Source: a virus | Taxonomy: Duplodnaviria; Caudoviricetes | DNA: 28,612 bases | Virus record (IMG/VR): IMGVR_UViG_3300039076_000040 | Location: 1-28,612 of that record | Reading direction: 5' to 3' (one strand) | Shown: positions 8,601 through 15,372 of the stretch, one piece after another | How the letters are laid out: each line of letters starts with the position of its first letter | Position numbering within the stretch: position 1 is the stretch's first letter | The notes under the pieces: model-generated | What the model saw: only the letters and a program-made list of their open reading frames with translations | The model's database searches: none | Told to the model about the DNA's origin: nothing | Made by a program: the position numbers and the translations under genes

Positions 8601-8837
8601 TTAGTTTTGTTTTAATCGTTCGTTAATCGCCTTCTGTATTCCATGTGGGATATGGTCTAACATAATCCCGAGGTGGTCACCCTCTTTAATCTCCGTTCGG
8701 TCACCTATGTACATATTGAATCCTAGTCCCTCGGCACTCATGCCAAACACGTCATCACCAATAAAAATTGTGTATCGGTCATAGGTCTCACCTAGGTTGT
8801 CATAAATTACAACGTTCGCTTCCTTTCTCACTATCAT
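8601..8837 (-). CDS. Hypothetical protein (YDN.GET.DRYT motif)
   Basis: ORF track 78 aa. Confidence 0.7.
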   Translation of the reverse strand: MIVRKEANVVIYDNLGETYDRYTIFIGDDVFGMSAEGLGFNMYIGDRTEIKEGDHLGIMLDHIPHGIQKAINERLKQN

Positions 8838-8848
8838 CGCTCTTTGCT

Positions 8849-9025
8849 TTAATTTAATAACTCTGACATATGCAACGGAACAACGTGTAATTCGCCCGTA
8901 TCAGCGCATCGCACAATGTACAATCTCGTACCACTTACTTGTCCGATTAACTCGTAGTAACCCGTCAATATTGAATGCATCCCGTCAATCAATATCGTAT
9001 CTCTTTCTTGTAATTCAATTAGCAT
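8849..9025 (-). CDS. Hypothetical protein (58 aa)
   Basis: Manual translation MLIELQERDTILIDG...; fills the gap. Confidence 0.55.
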   Translation of the reverse strand: MLIELQERDTILIDGMHSILTGYYELIGQVSGTRLYIVRCADTGELHVVPLHMSELLN

Positions 9026-9030
9026 CTTGT

Positions 9031-9156
9031 TTAGATTTTAGTTATTGTTAATACCTCGAATCCTTCGTAGGACATGAGCCAAATTACCTTTGACTCGTTC
9101 CACGCTTCTACAATAAATAATTCTCCGGTTTTTGTTTTAACTCTGTACTTTGTCAT
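9031..9156 (-). CDS. Hypothetical protein (41 aa)
   Basis: MTKYRVKTKTGELFIVEAWNESKVIW...; fills the gap. Confidence 0.5.
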   Translation of the reverse strand: MTKYRVKTKTGELFIVEAWNESKVIWLMSYEGFEVLTITKI

Positions 9157-9168
9157 GTCGTTTGTTTT

Positions 9169-9588
9169 TTAAAATTCGAAATCGTTTAACTCTTTAATAT
9201 ATATCTTCTCGTAGCGCGTGAATCTACCTAATGGTTTATCAATACGTACACTGAACTCGTCCGTATCAAAGTAATTCCCTTGCGCCAATCTACCATGGAT
9301 TGCGTTACGCGTTATCTTGAATAGGTCTACCAACCAATCCGATGCATACTTGAACTTTAGTTCCCATACACCATCTACGTTTAGTTCCATGTAAGGCTTT
9401 ACCTTGTCAAAGAAATACTTGTCCGGAGTGATGTCGTAGAACTCCTTAAGGAAATATTTCCACAATTCCGGTTTTGTTTCTATCCTATTGCACCATTGCG
9501 CACATTGTGTTGACCATGCGTTGTCAATAATCATTGCGTTTCCATCTTGTATCCAAGATTCGAATCCTTCTAATTCAAATGTTTTCAT
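9169..9588 (-). CDS. Hypothetical protein
   Basis: ORF track; ATG 9588 (MKTFEL) preferred because of its AAATAAACAAC leader. Confidence 0.7.
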   Translation of the reverse strand: MKTFELEGFESWIQDGNAMIIDNAWSTQCAQWCNRIETKPELWKYFLKEFYDITPDKYFFDKVKPYMELNVDGVWELKFKYASDWLVDLFKITRNAIHGRLAQGNYFDTDEFSVRIDKPLGRFTRYEKIYIKELNDFEF

Positions 9589-9598
9589 GTTGTTTATT

Positions 9599-9805
9599 TT
9601 AAATGTTGTTAATTTCCTCATCAATCAAATTGTTAATCAATTCAATTATTTTAAACTTATTCTTTTCAATCACATTGTTAAGAAACTCATGTTGGTCATC
9701 TATGCGAGATAACACAATTACTTGGTCATTGCCAAGTAAGTTATCAATCCTTCTTTGAACGTCATCTGCGCTCCATTCGAATGCTACATTGCTTATTGTT
9801 TTCAT
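9599..9805 (-). CDS. Hypothetical protein
   Basis: ORF track 68 aa. Confidence 0.65.
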   Translation of the reverse strand: MKTISNVAFEWSADDVQRRIDNLLGNDQVIVLSRIDDQHEFLNNVIEKNKFKIIELINNLIDEEINNI

Positions 9806-9808
9806 TGT

Positions 9809-10504
9809 TTAGTGGTTTAAAATGTAAATACTCTTCTTTCCTTTTCCTTCTGTTCCCGAACACAATCCACATTTAGAACATGAACTTTTGTATCCGGATT
9901 CCTTTGATGCAGGACAATTAACATACTCGTCTAACTTTGTCTCCGTAGCTACGTATGAGCGCCATCCTTCGCTTGATGCGTTTTGTTCCTCTTCTGATGT
10001 GTGAACAGATGCCATGAAAAACTTACTTAACTCTTTCTTCTTTGTCCATTGATGCGTATATCCCGTCCAATTTTGTGATGCGCTCACCATCCCCTCAATT
10101 AACTCTTGTGGATGCAAACTAGGCTCACCATACGTTCCGAATCGGATGAACTTTTTTGCGCTCATGCTAACGATTACAGCACCGATATACTCATCGTATT
10201 CCGGCACATCGTCCCATGTAGCAAACTCATTCTTGATTGATTTCAACATGGATTTGAATCCGACGTACTGATTGAACTTGTGCGTATAACATTTCCCGAA
10301 TTCGTTAAACGGACAATCCAAACAATTCGTATCTGCATGACTGAAAAACTCGCGCATCCCGTTCAAATCCTTTTCGAATTGTGAACGTGAAAAGGTATAC
10401 GTTTGAACTATCTTGCGTCCCTTGTCTGCTTCAATCTTGTCGTTTGTAGTGTTACCTAATCTGAATACTTGTAACGTTTCCTTGTGTTTGAATACTAATC
10501 TCAT
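9809..10504 (-). CDS. Cys-rich putative Fe-S/metal protein, gp88/radical-SAM-like
   Basis: CxxCx7CY cluster, RFGTYGEP, WTGYTHQW, FMASV and a C-terminal CPA...CxxCxxC cluster. The family assignment is from memory. Confidence 0.55.
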   Translation of the reverse strand: MRLVFKHKETLQVFRLGNTTNDKIEADKGRKIVQTYTFSRSQFEKDLNGMREFFSHADTNCLDCPFNEFGKCYTHKFNQYVGFKSMLKSIKNEFATWDDVPEYDEYIGAVIVSMSAKKFIRFGTYGEPSLHPQELIEGMVSASQNWTGYTHQWTKKKELSKFFMASVHTSEEEQNASSEGWRSYVATETKLDEYVNCPASKESGYKSSCSKCGLCSGTEGKGKKSIYILNH

Positions 10505-10528
10505 GACTTATGCTTTAAATGGTTTATA

Positions 10529-10687
10529 CTATTTCTCTGTCGCTACCAATCCTAGCATGAATATACTCACGAAGATTGCAAAGCTGAACATTCCAAAATG
10601 CTCCCATGTTTGACATTGAGTCAATCCAAGAATGGAGGTCAATGCCGTAATGATTAATGCTGATGTGATAAGGTTGTTTGTTCTCAT
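10529..10687 (-). CDS. Small two-TM membrane protein (52 aa)
   Basis: MRTNNLITSALIITALTSILGL...FGMFSFAIFVSIFMLGLVATEK. Confidence 0.6.
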   Translation of the reverse strand: MRTNNLITSALIITALTSILGLTQCQTWEHFGMFSFAIFVSIFMLGLVATEK

Positions 10688-10688
10688 C

Positions 10689-11006
10689 TTAATTGTTTTT
10701 AATTGCGTTAACTAATGCGCGTTTGATGTAGGTCAAATCGCTTTTTAAATGTGATAATCCGTTGAATGAATACACGTCATCCTTGTTCACGTTGTATCGC
10801 TCCTTCGCGATGAAATCGTACTGAGATTTTGATGCCGTTTCAATGGTCACGAACTGATTCTTAACTACGATTGGCTTTAGGTTAATGATGTTGGGAAATG
10901 TTCCACCTCCGTACGTGTAAGCCGTTAACTCCAACTCGTTCGCTTGTTGGATGAGCGCATTAATCTCGTCAATGCGCTTTGTCAATTGTGTTGATACCTT
11001 TTTCAT
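10689..11006 (-). CDS. Early hypothetical protein
   Basis: ORF track 105 aa; preceded by tRNA-like element 1. Confidence 0.75.
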   Translation of the reverse strand: MKKVSTQLTKRIDEINALIQQANELELTAYTYGGGTFPNIINLKPIVVKNQFVTIETASKSQYDFIAKERYNVNKDDVYSFNGLSHLKSDLTYIKRALVNAIKNN

Positions 11007-11029
11007 TGCTATTTGATTTTAAAGTTTAG

Positions 11030-11073
11030 AAGCATGGAGGGAAATCGAATCCCTCCGTGAACCATTCATGCTT
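11030..11073 (-). ncRNA. tRNA-like element 1 (acceptor stem plus T-arm, no anticodon)
   Basis: AAGCATG-aatggttcacg-GAGGGA-TTCGATT-TCCCTC-CATGCTT. Confidence 0.65.
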
Positions 11074-11245
11074 ATTTGTTTGATTCTAATATCTCCCTTG
11101 CATCATTCAATGCGCGGTAGTAGTTATCATACGTAGTTCTTACGCTTCCCAACTGCTCTTGGAATTTCTCCGTTTGTTCGCTGTCATCTAACATATTTGC
11201 GTAGGATAACAAGGTCTCGATTAATTTGATTTGTTCTTTTGTCAT
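11072..11245 (-). CDS. First early protein (57 aa)
   Basis: MTKEQIKLIETLLSYANMLDDSEQTEKFQEQL...; lies between tRNA-like elements 2 and 1. Confidence 0.65.
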   Translation of the reverse strand: MTKEQIKLIETLLSYANMLDDSEQTEKFQEQLGSVRTTYDNYYRALNDAREILESNK

Positions 11246-11269
11246 GACTATTTGGTTTTAAAAGTTAGC

Positions 11270-11317
11270 CCATGTGGTCGGTATCGCTCCGATTGAATGT
11301 ACGTTACATCCACATGG
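11270..11317 (-). ncRNA. tRNA-like element 2
   Basis: CCATGTGG-(ATGTA acg TACAT)tcaa-TCGG-AGCGATA-CCGA-CCACATGG, giving 8+4 = 12 bp stacked to a 7-nt loop. Confidence 0.6.
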
Positions 11318-11330
11318 TTGTTTAGATTGC

Positions 11331-11388
11331 ACCACGCTTATAAAGATGGAATCGAACCATCACAATCTGTATACATCCAAAGCATGAC
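11331..11388 (-). ncRNA. tRNA-like element 3
   Basis: CATGCTT...GATGG-TTCGATT-CCATC-TTTAT-AAGCGTG: a canonical T-arm inside an irregular closing stem. Confidence 0.55.
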
Positions 11389-11483
11389 CGGATTTCTGTT
11401 TTTTAATTCGCTACACAATCAATTTAATTGCGCTTGATTTCGCTTTGTTGGGGTTTGTCCCGTAGGCAATGCTTATTACATGA

Positions 11484-11511
11484 TGAGAAAGAACGTCGGT
11501 CTCGTTTGACC
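11484..11511 (-). promoter_or_regulatory. boxB-like hairpin plus boxA-like antitermination signal
   Basis: GGTC-AAACGA-GACC then CGTTCTTTCTCA (cf. rrn boxA TGCTCTTTAACA), directly after the predicted TSS. Confidence 0.5.
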
Positions 11512-11518
11512 TTCGGTA

Positions 11519-11551
11519 CAAAGGTAATGCATAATACTTGAATAAAACAAA
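11519..11551 (-). promoter_or_regulatory. Major early promoter (Bacteroidota sigma-A type)
   Basis: TTTG-N21-TACCTTTG, with AT-rich sequence upstream. Confidence 0.8.
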
Positions 11552-11689
11552 TGCAATTCTTGAATTATTTTTGTTCAATGCTCTGTATCCCTTTACCAAC
11601 AAGGGATTCACGAGTTAAAAAAAGTTTAAAGTTTTTTATTCATTAGGTTATAAAGGGGATTGATTCACCTCATTTGATTAGTAAGGATA

Positions 11690-11965
11690 GAAATTCGAGG
11701 GGAGGTTATGCGCTATCTCTTTCCGTGTACCAAACGTGTACCAACGACGTAGCCAAGGAGATACCAAATCCTAGGGGGATACGCGCAAACGTAGGTGCAA
11801 CAAGGGATGCAGACGGACGGCATGACCATGTGCGCACCTAGTCCCTAGGGGAAAAGCCAAAAAATGTCCAAGGAAATCGCCTTTTTGACCCCCCACCCCC
11901 TTTAAAAAAAGTCGTTTCCGATCCGGGGCCGAGCGCGTCAAACGTGGTACAACCCCAACACTACA
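11690..11965. other. GC-rich non-coding strand-switch region, candidate genome terminus/packaging site
   Basis: No credible ORF. Contains GTGTACCAA x2, CCTAGGGG x2 and GACCCCCCACCCCC-TTTAAAAAAA, and lies between divergent promoters. Confidence 0.4.
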
Positions 11966-11984
11966 CTTATCTGATATTATTTTT

Positions 11985-11992
11985 TACCTTTG
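11985..11992 (+). promoter_or_regulatory. -7 promoter element
   Basis: TACCTTTG 15 nt upstream of ATG 12008. Confidence 0.6.
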
Positions 11993-12007
11993 TAAAAACT
12001 TAAAGAT

Positions 12008-12226
12008 ATGATGAACAAGAGAGGAAACTTAGACGGGCTAGAGGTTCGTAACGGAAGATTGATTAACAACGCGCCTGATGGTATGACCGGCATCCAAAAG
12101 TTAGCCATGATGAAGAAGGCAAGGTACGTTGAAGAGAAGACCATGATCATGGAGAACGCGATGTACAGAGCAGAGATGCGTTCTGAGATGATGGAGCCAA
12201 TGAAGGGTAAGAGTTGTTGTGACTAG
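12008..12226 (+). CDS. Met-rich hypothetical protein, monocistronic
   Basis: ORF track; has its own promoter and terminator. Confidence 0.7.
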   Translation: MMNKRGNLDGLEVRNGRLINNAPDGMTGIQKLAMMKKARYVEEKTMIMENAMYRAEMRSEMMEPMKGKSCCD

Positions 12227-12249
12227 TCTTTTTTTACAATTTTTTAGAG

Positions 12250-12278
12250 AGGGGAGTTTTTTTAATTCCCCTTTTTTT
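12250..12278 (+). terminator. Rho-independent terminator
   Basis: AGGGGAGTT...AATTCCCCT followed by a T-run. Confidence 0.75.
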
Positions 12279-12286
12279 ATGTTCTC

Positions 12287-12460
12287 TGTCGATAATTGAC
12301 ATAATTATTAATTTTTATGTCGAGAGAATGTCAACTAAAGTATTGATAATCAACTTACTGTCGATAATGTCGATTTTATCTTCTAATTCTAGTGAGAAAA
12401 AAATATATATTATATAAATATATATATATATATATAGAGAAAATAATTTTGTCAATTGGC
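12287..12460. promoter_or_regulatory. Origin-like element B: TGTCGA boxes, TTGATAATCAA palindrome, (TA)n tract
   Basis: Boxes at 12287, 12318, 12329, 12359 and 12368; AT-only run ~12397-12436. Confidence 0.6.
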
Positions 12461-12474
12461 AGTTAAAACTTTTT

Positions 12475-12505
12475 TTTGTTTATTTAGATAATAGTTCTAT
12501 CTTTG
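12475..12505 (+). promoter_or_regulatory. Sigma-A promoter driving a short non-coding transcript
   Basis: TTTG-N19-TATCTTTG. Confidence 0.7.
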
Positions 12506-12509
12506 TAAT

Positions 12510-12573
12510 GCATTATTGCTTTTGCGTTTGGTTTTAGGGGAGAGGGTATCATTTAAGTATGGTACCCTTTTTT
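12510..12573 (+). ncRNA. Candidate ~64-nt small RNA
   Basis: Bounded by a consensus promoter and the terminator AGGGTATCAT-ttaagt-ATGGTACCCT plus T-run (12543-12573). Confidence 0.55.
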
Positions 12574-12735
12574 ATTACACCAACATTTGCCACTATTTTA
12601 AATTAGTGTCTAAAGTTTGCATACTATAATGTGCATAATGTCCGTCATAAGGGGCAAAAACACATTATAATGTGCATTTTAACGTACATTATACTTAATT
12701 GCGGTGTAAATCACTTAATATTCCCATTTAATTGT

Positions 12736-12743
12736 TATTTTTG
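12736..12743 (+). promoter_or_regulatory. -7 promoter element for groEL
   Basis: TATTTTTG 23 nt upstream of ATG 12767. Confidence 0.5.
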
Positions 12744-12766
12744 TGTAATAATTAATCAAATTAAAT

Positions 12767-14377
12767 ATGCAAGGACAAGGTTATATGCCGAAGGATTTAT
12801 ACTTCGAGGAGGAGGGAAGACGTAAGTTAATCTCCGGTGTTAAGAAGATGGCAGCAGCTGTCAAGAGTACGTTGGGCCCTCACGGGAACACGGTACTAAT
12901 AGAGTCACCACACCACACACACGGTATTACGGTAACAAAGGATGGAGTAACGGTAGCAAAGGCTATCGAGCTAATGGATCCTGTGGAGAACCTGGCGGTT
13001 AAGATGATGAAAGAGGCATCTGACCGAACGGCTACTACAGCGGGTGACGGAACGACTACGGCCATCGTGTTAACTGAGGCCATGGTGTTAGGTGGTATGG
13101 AGCTAATCAAACCTGAGCACAACAGAACTCAGGTGTTAAGGCACATGACAGAGATAAGTGACTTAGTAGTTGAGCGTCTTAAGAAGAAGAGCAAAAAGGT
13201 CACTACGGGTATGCTAGCGGACGTTGCTACCATCTCTGCGAACAACGACAGGACCATTGGTAAGATAATCGCTGACGTGTACAAGGACGTGGGTAAAACG
13301 GGTATCGTAACGGTTGAGAAGTCTCAGTCGACTACAACATACGCTGAGACCACAGACGGACTACGTGTACAGAGGGGATACCTGTCACCGATGTTTATCA
13401 ACAATCAGGAGAAGGATGAGTGTGTCTTTGACGACACACTTGTATTGGTCTCTGACATGGAGATAGGAAACATCCTACAGATAGAGGCTGTGTTAAAGCC
13501 ACTCGTTAAGGACGGGAAGAAGCTTTTGATCATCGCGCCTTGTTCTACGAACATGACAAACACCCTATCTGCTAACGTAGTTAAGAACGGACTAAAGATA
13601 TGTGCTATCCAACCACCGAACTTCGGGTACAAACAGCACGAGCTGATGCAGGACATCGCGGTAAGTGTTGGTGCTACCTACTTCAGTGAGAAGACGGGTG
13701 ACGACTTGAGCCATATGACGTACGCGGACTTGGGTCATGCGGGTAAGGTAATCGTTGGACGAGACGAGACCATCATCATGACGAGTGATGTGAAGGCTGA
13801 CCAAGCAGAGATAGACGAGAGAGTCGCTCAGCTGTGGAAGGCTAACGAGGCAGCTACGAAAAAGAACGACAAGGACTTCATCTTGGAGCGAATTGCGTCC
13901 CTAACGGGTGGAGTTGGTGTCATCTTTGCGGGTGGAAACACTGACTTGGAGCAAAAGGAGCTGTACGACAGGATTGACGACGCGGTTTGCGCGGTACGTT
14001 CAGCCTTGGAGGAAGGAATTTTGCCGGGTGGTGGTAAAGCCTTGGGAGAAATGAACATATTCGAGGGCTTAGGCTTCGCAACCGACACGGAGGAGAAGGT
14101 AATCGCTGCTAAGATCATGCAGTTGGCTGTAAATATGCCACTGATGCAGATCCTTAAGAACGCGGGCGTACCATTTGAGGACGTAGCGGACTGTATGGTG
14201 AACGATGGCTTCGGATACAACGTAAAAACCGGTGAGAAGGGTGACCTAATCAAGATGGGCGTAATCGATCCGTTAAAGGTAACACGCTCTGCACTGCAAA
14301 ACGCGGTAAGTGTAGCGGTTACGATACTAAGTACTAACGCTATCGTCACGATGGCACGAACAATCGGTGTAGAATGA
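12767..14377 (+). CDS. groEL: Phage-encoded chaperonin GroEL (Cpn60)
   Basis: AVKSTLGPHG, VTKDGVTVAK, AGDGTTTAIVL, ERIASLTGGV, EEGILPGGG and GVIDPLKVTRSALQNAVSVA motifs. Confidence 0.97.
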   Translation: MQGQGYMPKDLYFEEEGRRKLISGVKKMAAAVKSTLGPHGNTVLIESPHHTHGITVTKDGVTVAKAIELMDPVENLAVKMMKEASDRTATTAGDGTTTAIVLTEAMVLGGMELIKPEHNRTQVLRHMTEISDLVVERLKKKSKKVTTGMLADVATISANNDRTIGKIIADVYKDVGKTGIVTVEKSQSTTTYAETTDGLRVQRGYLSPMFINNQEKDECVFDDTLVLVSDMEIGNILQIEAVLKPLVKDGKKLLIIAPCSTNMTNTLSANVVKNGLKICAIQPPNFGYKQHELMQDIAVSVGATYFSEKTGDDLSHMTYADLGHAGKVIVGRDETIIMTSDVKADQAEIDERVAQLWKANEAATKKNDKDFILERIASLTGGVGVIFAGGNTDLEQKELYDRIDDAVCAVRSALEEGILPGGGKALGEMNIFEGLGFATDTEEKVIAAKIMQLAVNMPLMQILKNAGVPFEDVADCMVNDGFGYNVKTGEKGDLIKMGVIDPLKVTRSALQNAVSVAVTILSTNAIVTMARTIGVE

Positions 14378-14616
14378 GAGAGTCAATATTAGAAGCGTAT
14401 CCTGAGGATGAGTTCTTGTTCGCGTTAGGACTAGACGATGCTATTATCGGAGTGGAGCAGATGACCTTAAAGGTTGTATACTCCGAGAGTGAGTGCATTA
14501 GGATATACCAAGAGCAGGGTATGTCGTACACAGAAGCTGTAGATTTTTTTGAGTTTAATGTAAAAGGTGTGTACATGGGAGATAAGACTCCCGTGTTCGT
14601 AGATGACAAAATGTAG
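14374..14616 (+). CDS. Acidic phage protein (GLDDAIIG...FFEFNVKGVYMGDKTP)
   Basis: ATGA-coupled to groEL. Confidence 0.8.
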   Translation: MRESILEAYPEDEFLFALGLDDAIIGVEQMTLKVVYSESECIRIYQEQGMSYTEAVDFFEFNVKGVYMGDKTPVFVDDKM

Positions 14617-14617
14617 T

Positions 14618-14875
14618 ATGAAAGCAATCGGAAAAAATTTAGTGATTAAGACTGTAGAGGAGGAGATTAAGACCTCCTCCGGTCTACTCTTGTCGGGAGA
14701 GGACTCCAATCAGATGAGGTATAAGAAGGCTGTTGTCGCTGTCGCGGGTACGGACGTGAGTGCTATTGGCACGGGCGACTACATCTACTACGACAAGTCA
14801 AACAGCTTTACGATGGTCATCAACGATGAGCAGTACACAATAATTCAGGAGAGAGACGTGGTGGTTGTACTATAG
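14618..14875 (+). CDS. groES: Co-chaperonin GroES (Cpn10)
   Basis: MKAIGKNLVIK, mobile loop EIKTSSGLLL, VVAVAG, GD and YTIIQERDVVVVL; start set at ATG 14618. Confidence 0.9.
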   Translation: MKAIGKNLVIKTVEEEIKTSSGLLLSGEDSNQMRYKKAVVAVAGTDVSAIGTGDYIYYDKSNSFTMVINDEQYTIIQERDVVVVL

Positions 14876-14880
14876 TACAA

Positions 14881-15324
14881 CTACTCTGTCTCATTTTTTA
14901 GCTTGTTGGCCTTGATCTCCTCGTTCATAGAGATGATCATGTTGCGGTACACCTTATCGCTGTAGCTAACGTTCCTTTTAAACATCGGGTTAAAGTTCTC
15001 GTGTGTGGCAATCTCCTCACCGTTGAGCTTCTTATAAACAACCTCCAACATCTTCTTAGTCTTTTGCGGCAAGTGGTATAAGTTCTTACGCGGGCCGCTT
15101 CCCTTTCTAAAGACTGCGATCCAACCATCACGTAGTAAGTTATCAAATCTGTTCTTGTTCCACGGGAAGACTTGGTTAAACTCAAGGAACCTGTCTTTAC
15201 TGAAGTAGCTCTCTGACTTGAGGAACAGTAGCATCTCTAGCTCTGCCTGTGTTAGTCCGTACTTGGCCTTTACGTAATACTTTACTATACGCCAATATTT
15301 TAGGTAGTCGTTCTTTTTTTCCAT
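14881..15324 (-). CDS. Putative winged-helix DNA-binding protein
   Basis: KYGLTQAELEMLLFL...FDNLLRDGWIAVFR...LYHL resembles MarR-type wHTH; the only minus-strand gene in the right arm. Confidence 0.6.
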   Translation of the reverse strand: MEKKNDYLKYWRIVKYYVKAKYGLTQAELEMLLFLKSESYFSKDRFLEFNQVFPWNKNRFDNLLRDGWIAVFRKGSGPRKNLYHLPQKTKKMLEVVYKKLNGEEIATHENFNPMFKRNVSYSDKVYRNMIISMNEEIKANKLKNETE

Positions 15325-15338
15325 TAGATATAATTTAT

Positions 15339-15346
15339 TACTTTTG
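15339..15346 (+). promoter_or_regulatory. -7 promoter element
   Basis: TACTTTTG upstream of ATG 15373. Confidence 0.55.
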
Positions 15347-15372
15347 TAAAGTTAATTATTAAAATATATAAG

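Noticed and set aside
11030-11388. Canonical tRNA genes
   Set aside because: Only 44-58 nt, with no D-arm/anticodon cloverleaf and no encoded CCA; reported as tRNA-like elements instead.
11411-11611. 66-aa ORF
   Set aside because: GTG start, and it spans the early promoter and structured leader; likely spurious.
12403-12436. (TA)n tract as a eukaryotic-type microsatellite or assembly artefact
   Set aside because: A similar tract occurs in the same context at ~2117-2142, so it is treated as part of the origin-like element. Its exact length may still be unreliable.
12631-12825. 64-aa ORF upstream of groEL
   Set aside because: GTG start inside the palindrome mosaic, overlapping groEL out of frame.
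12880-14709. Minus-strand ORFs within groEL-X-groES (up to 173 aa)
   Set aside because: Antisense shadows of well-supported genes.
12767-14875. Host chromosomal groESL operon or prophage boundary
   Set aside because: Inverted order, no GGM tail, phage genes on both sides, the same CCAG depletion, and no integrase or att site seen.
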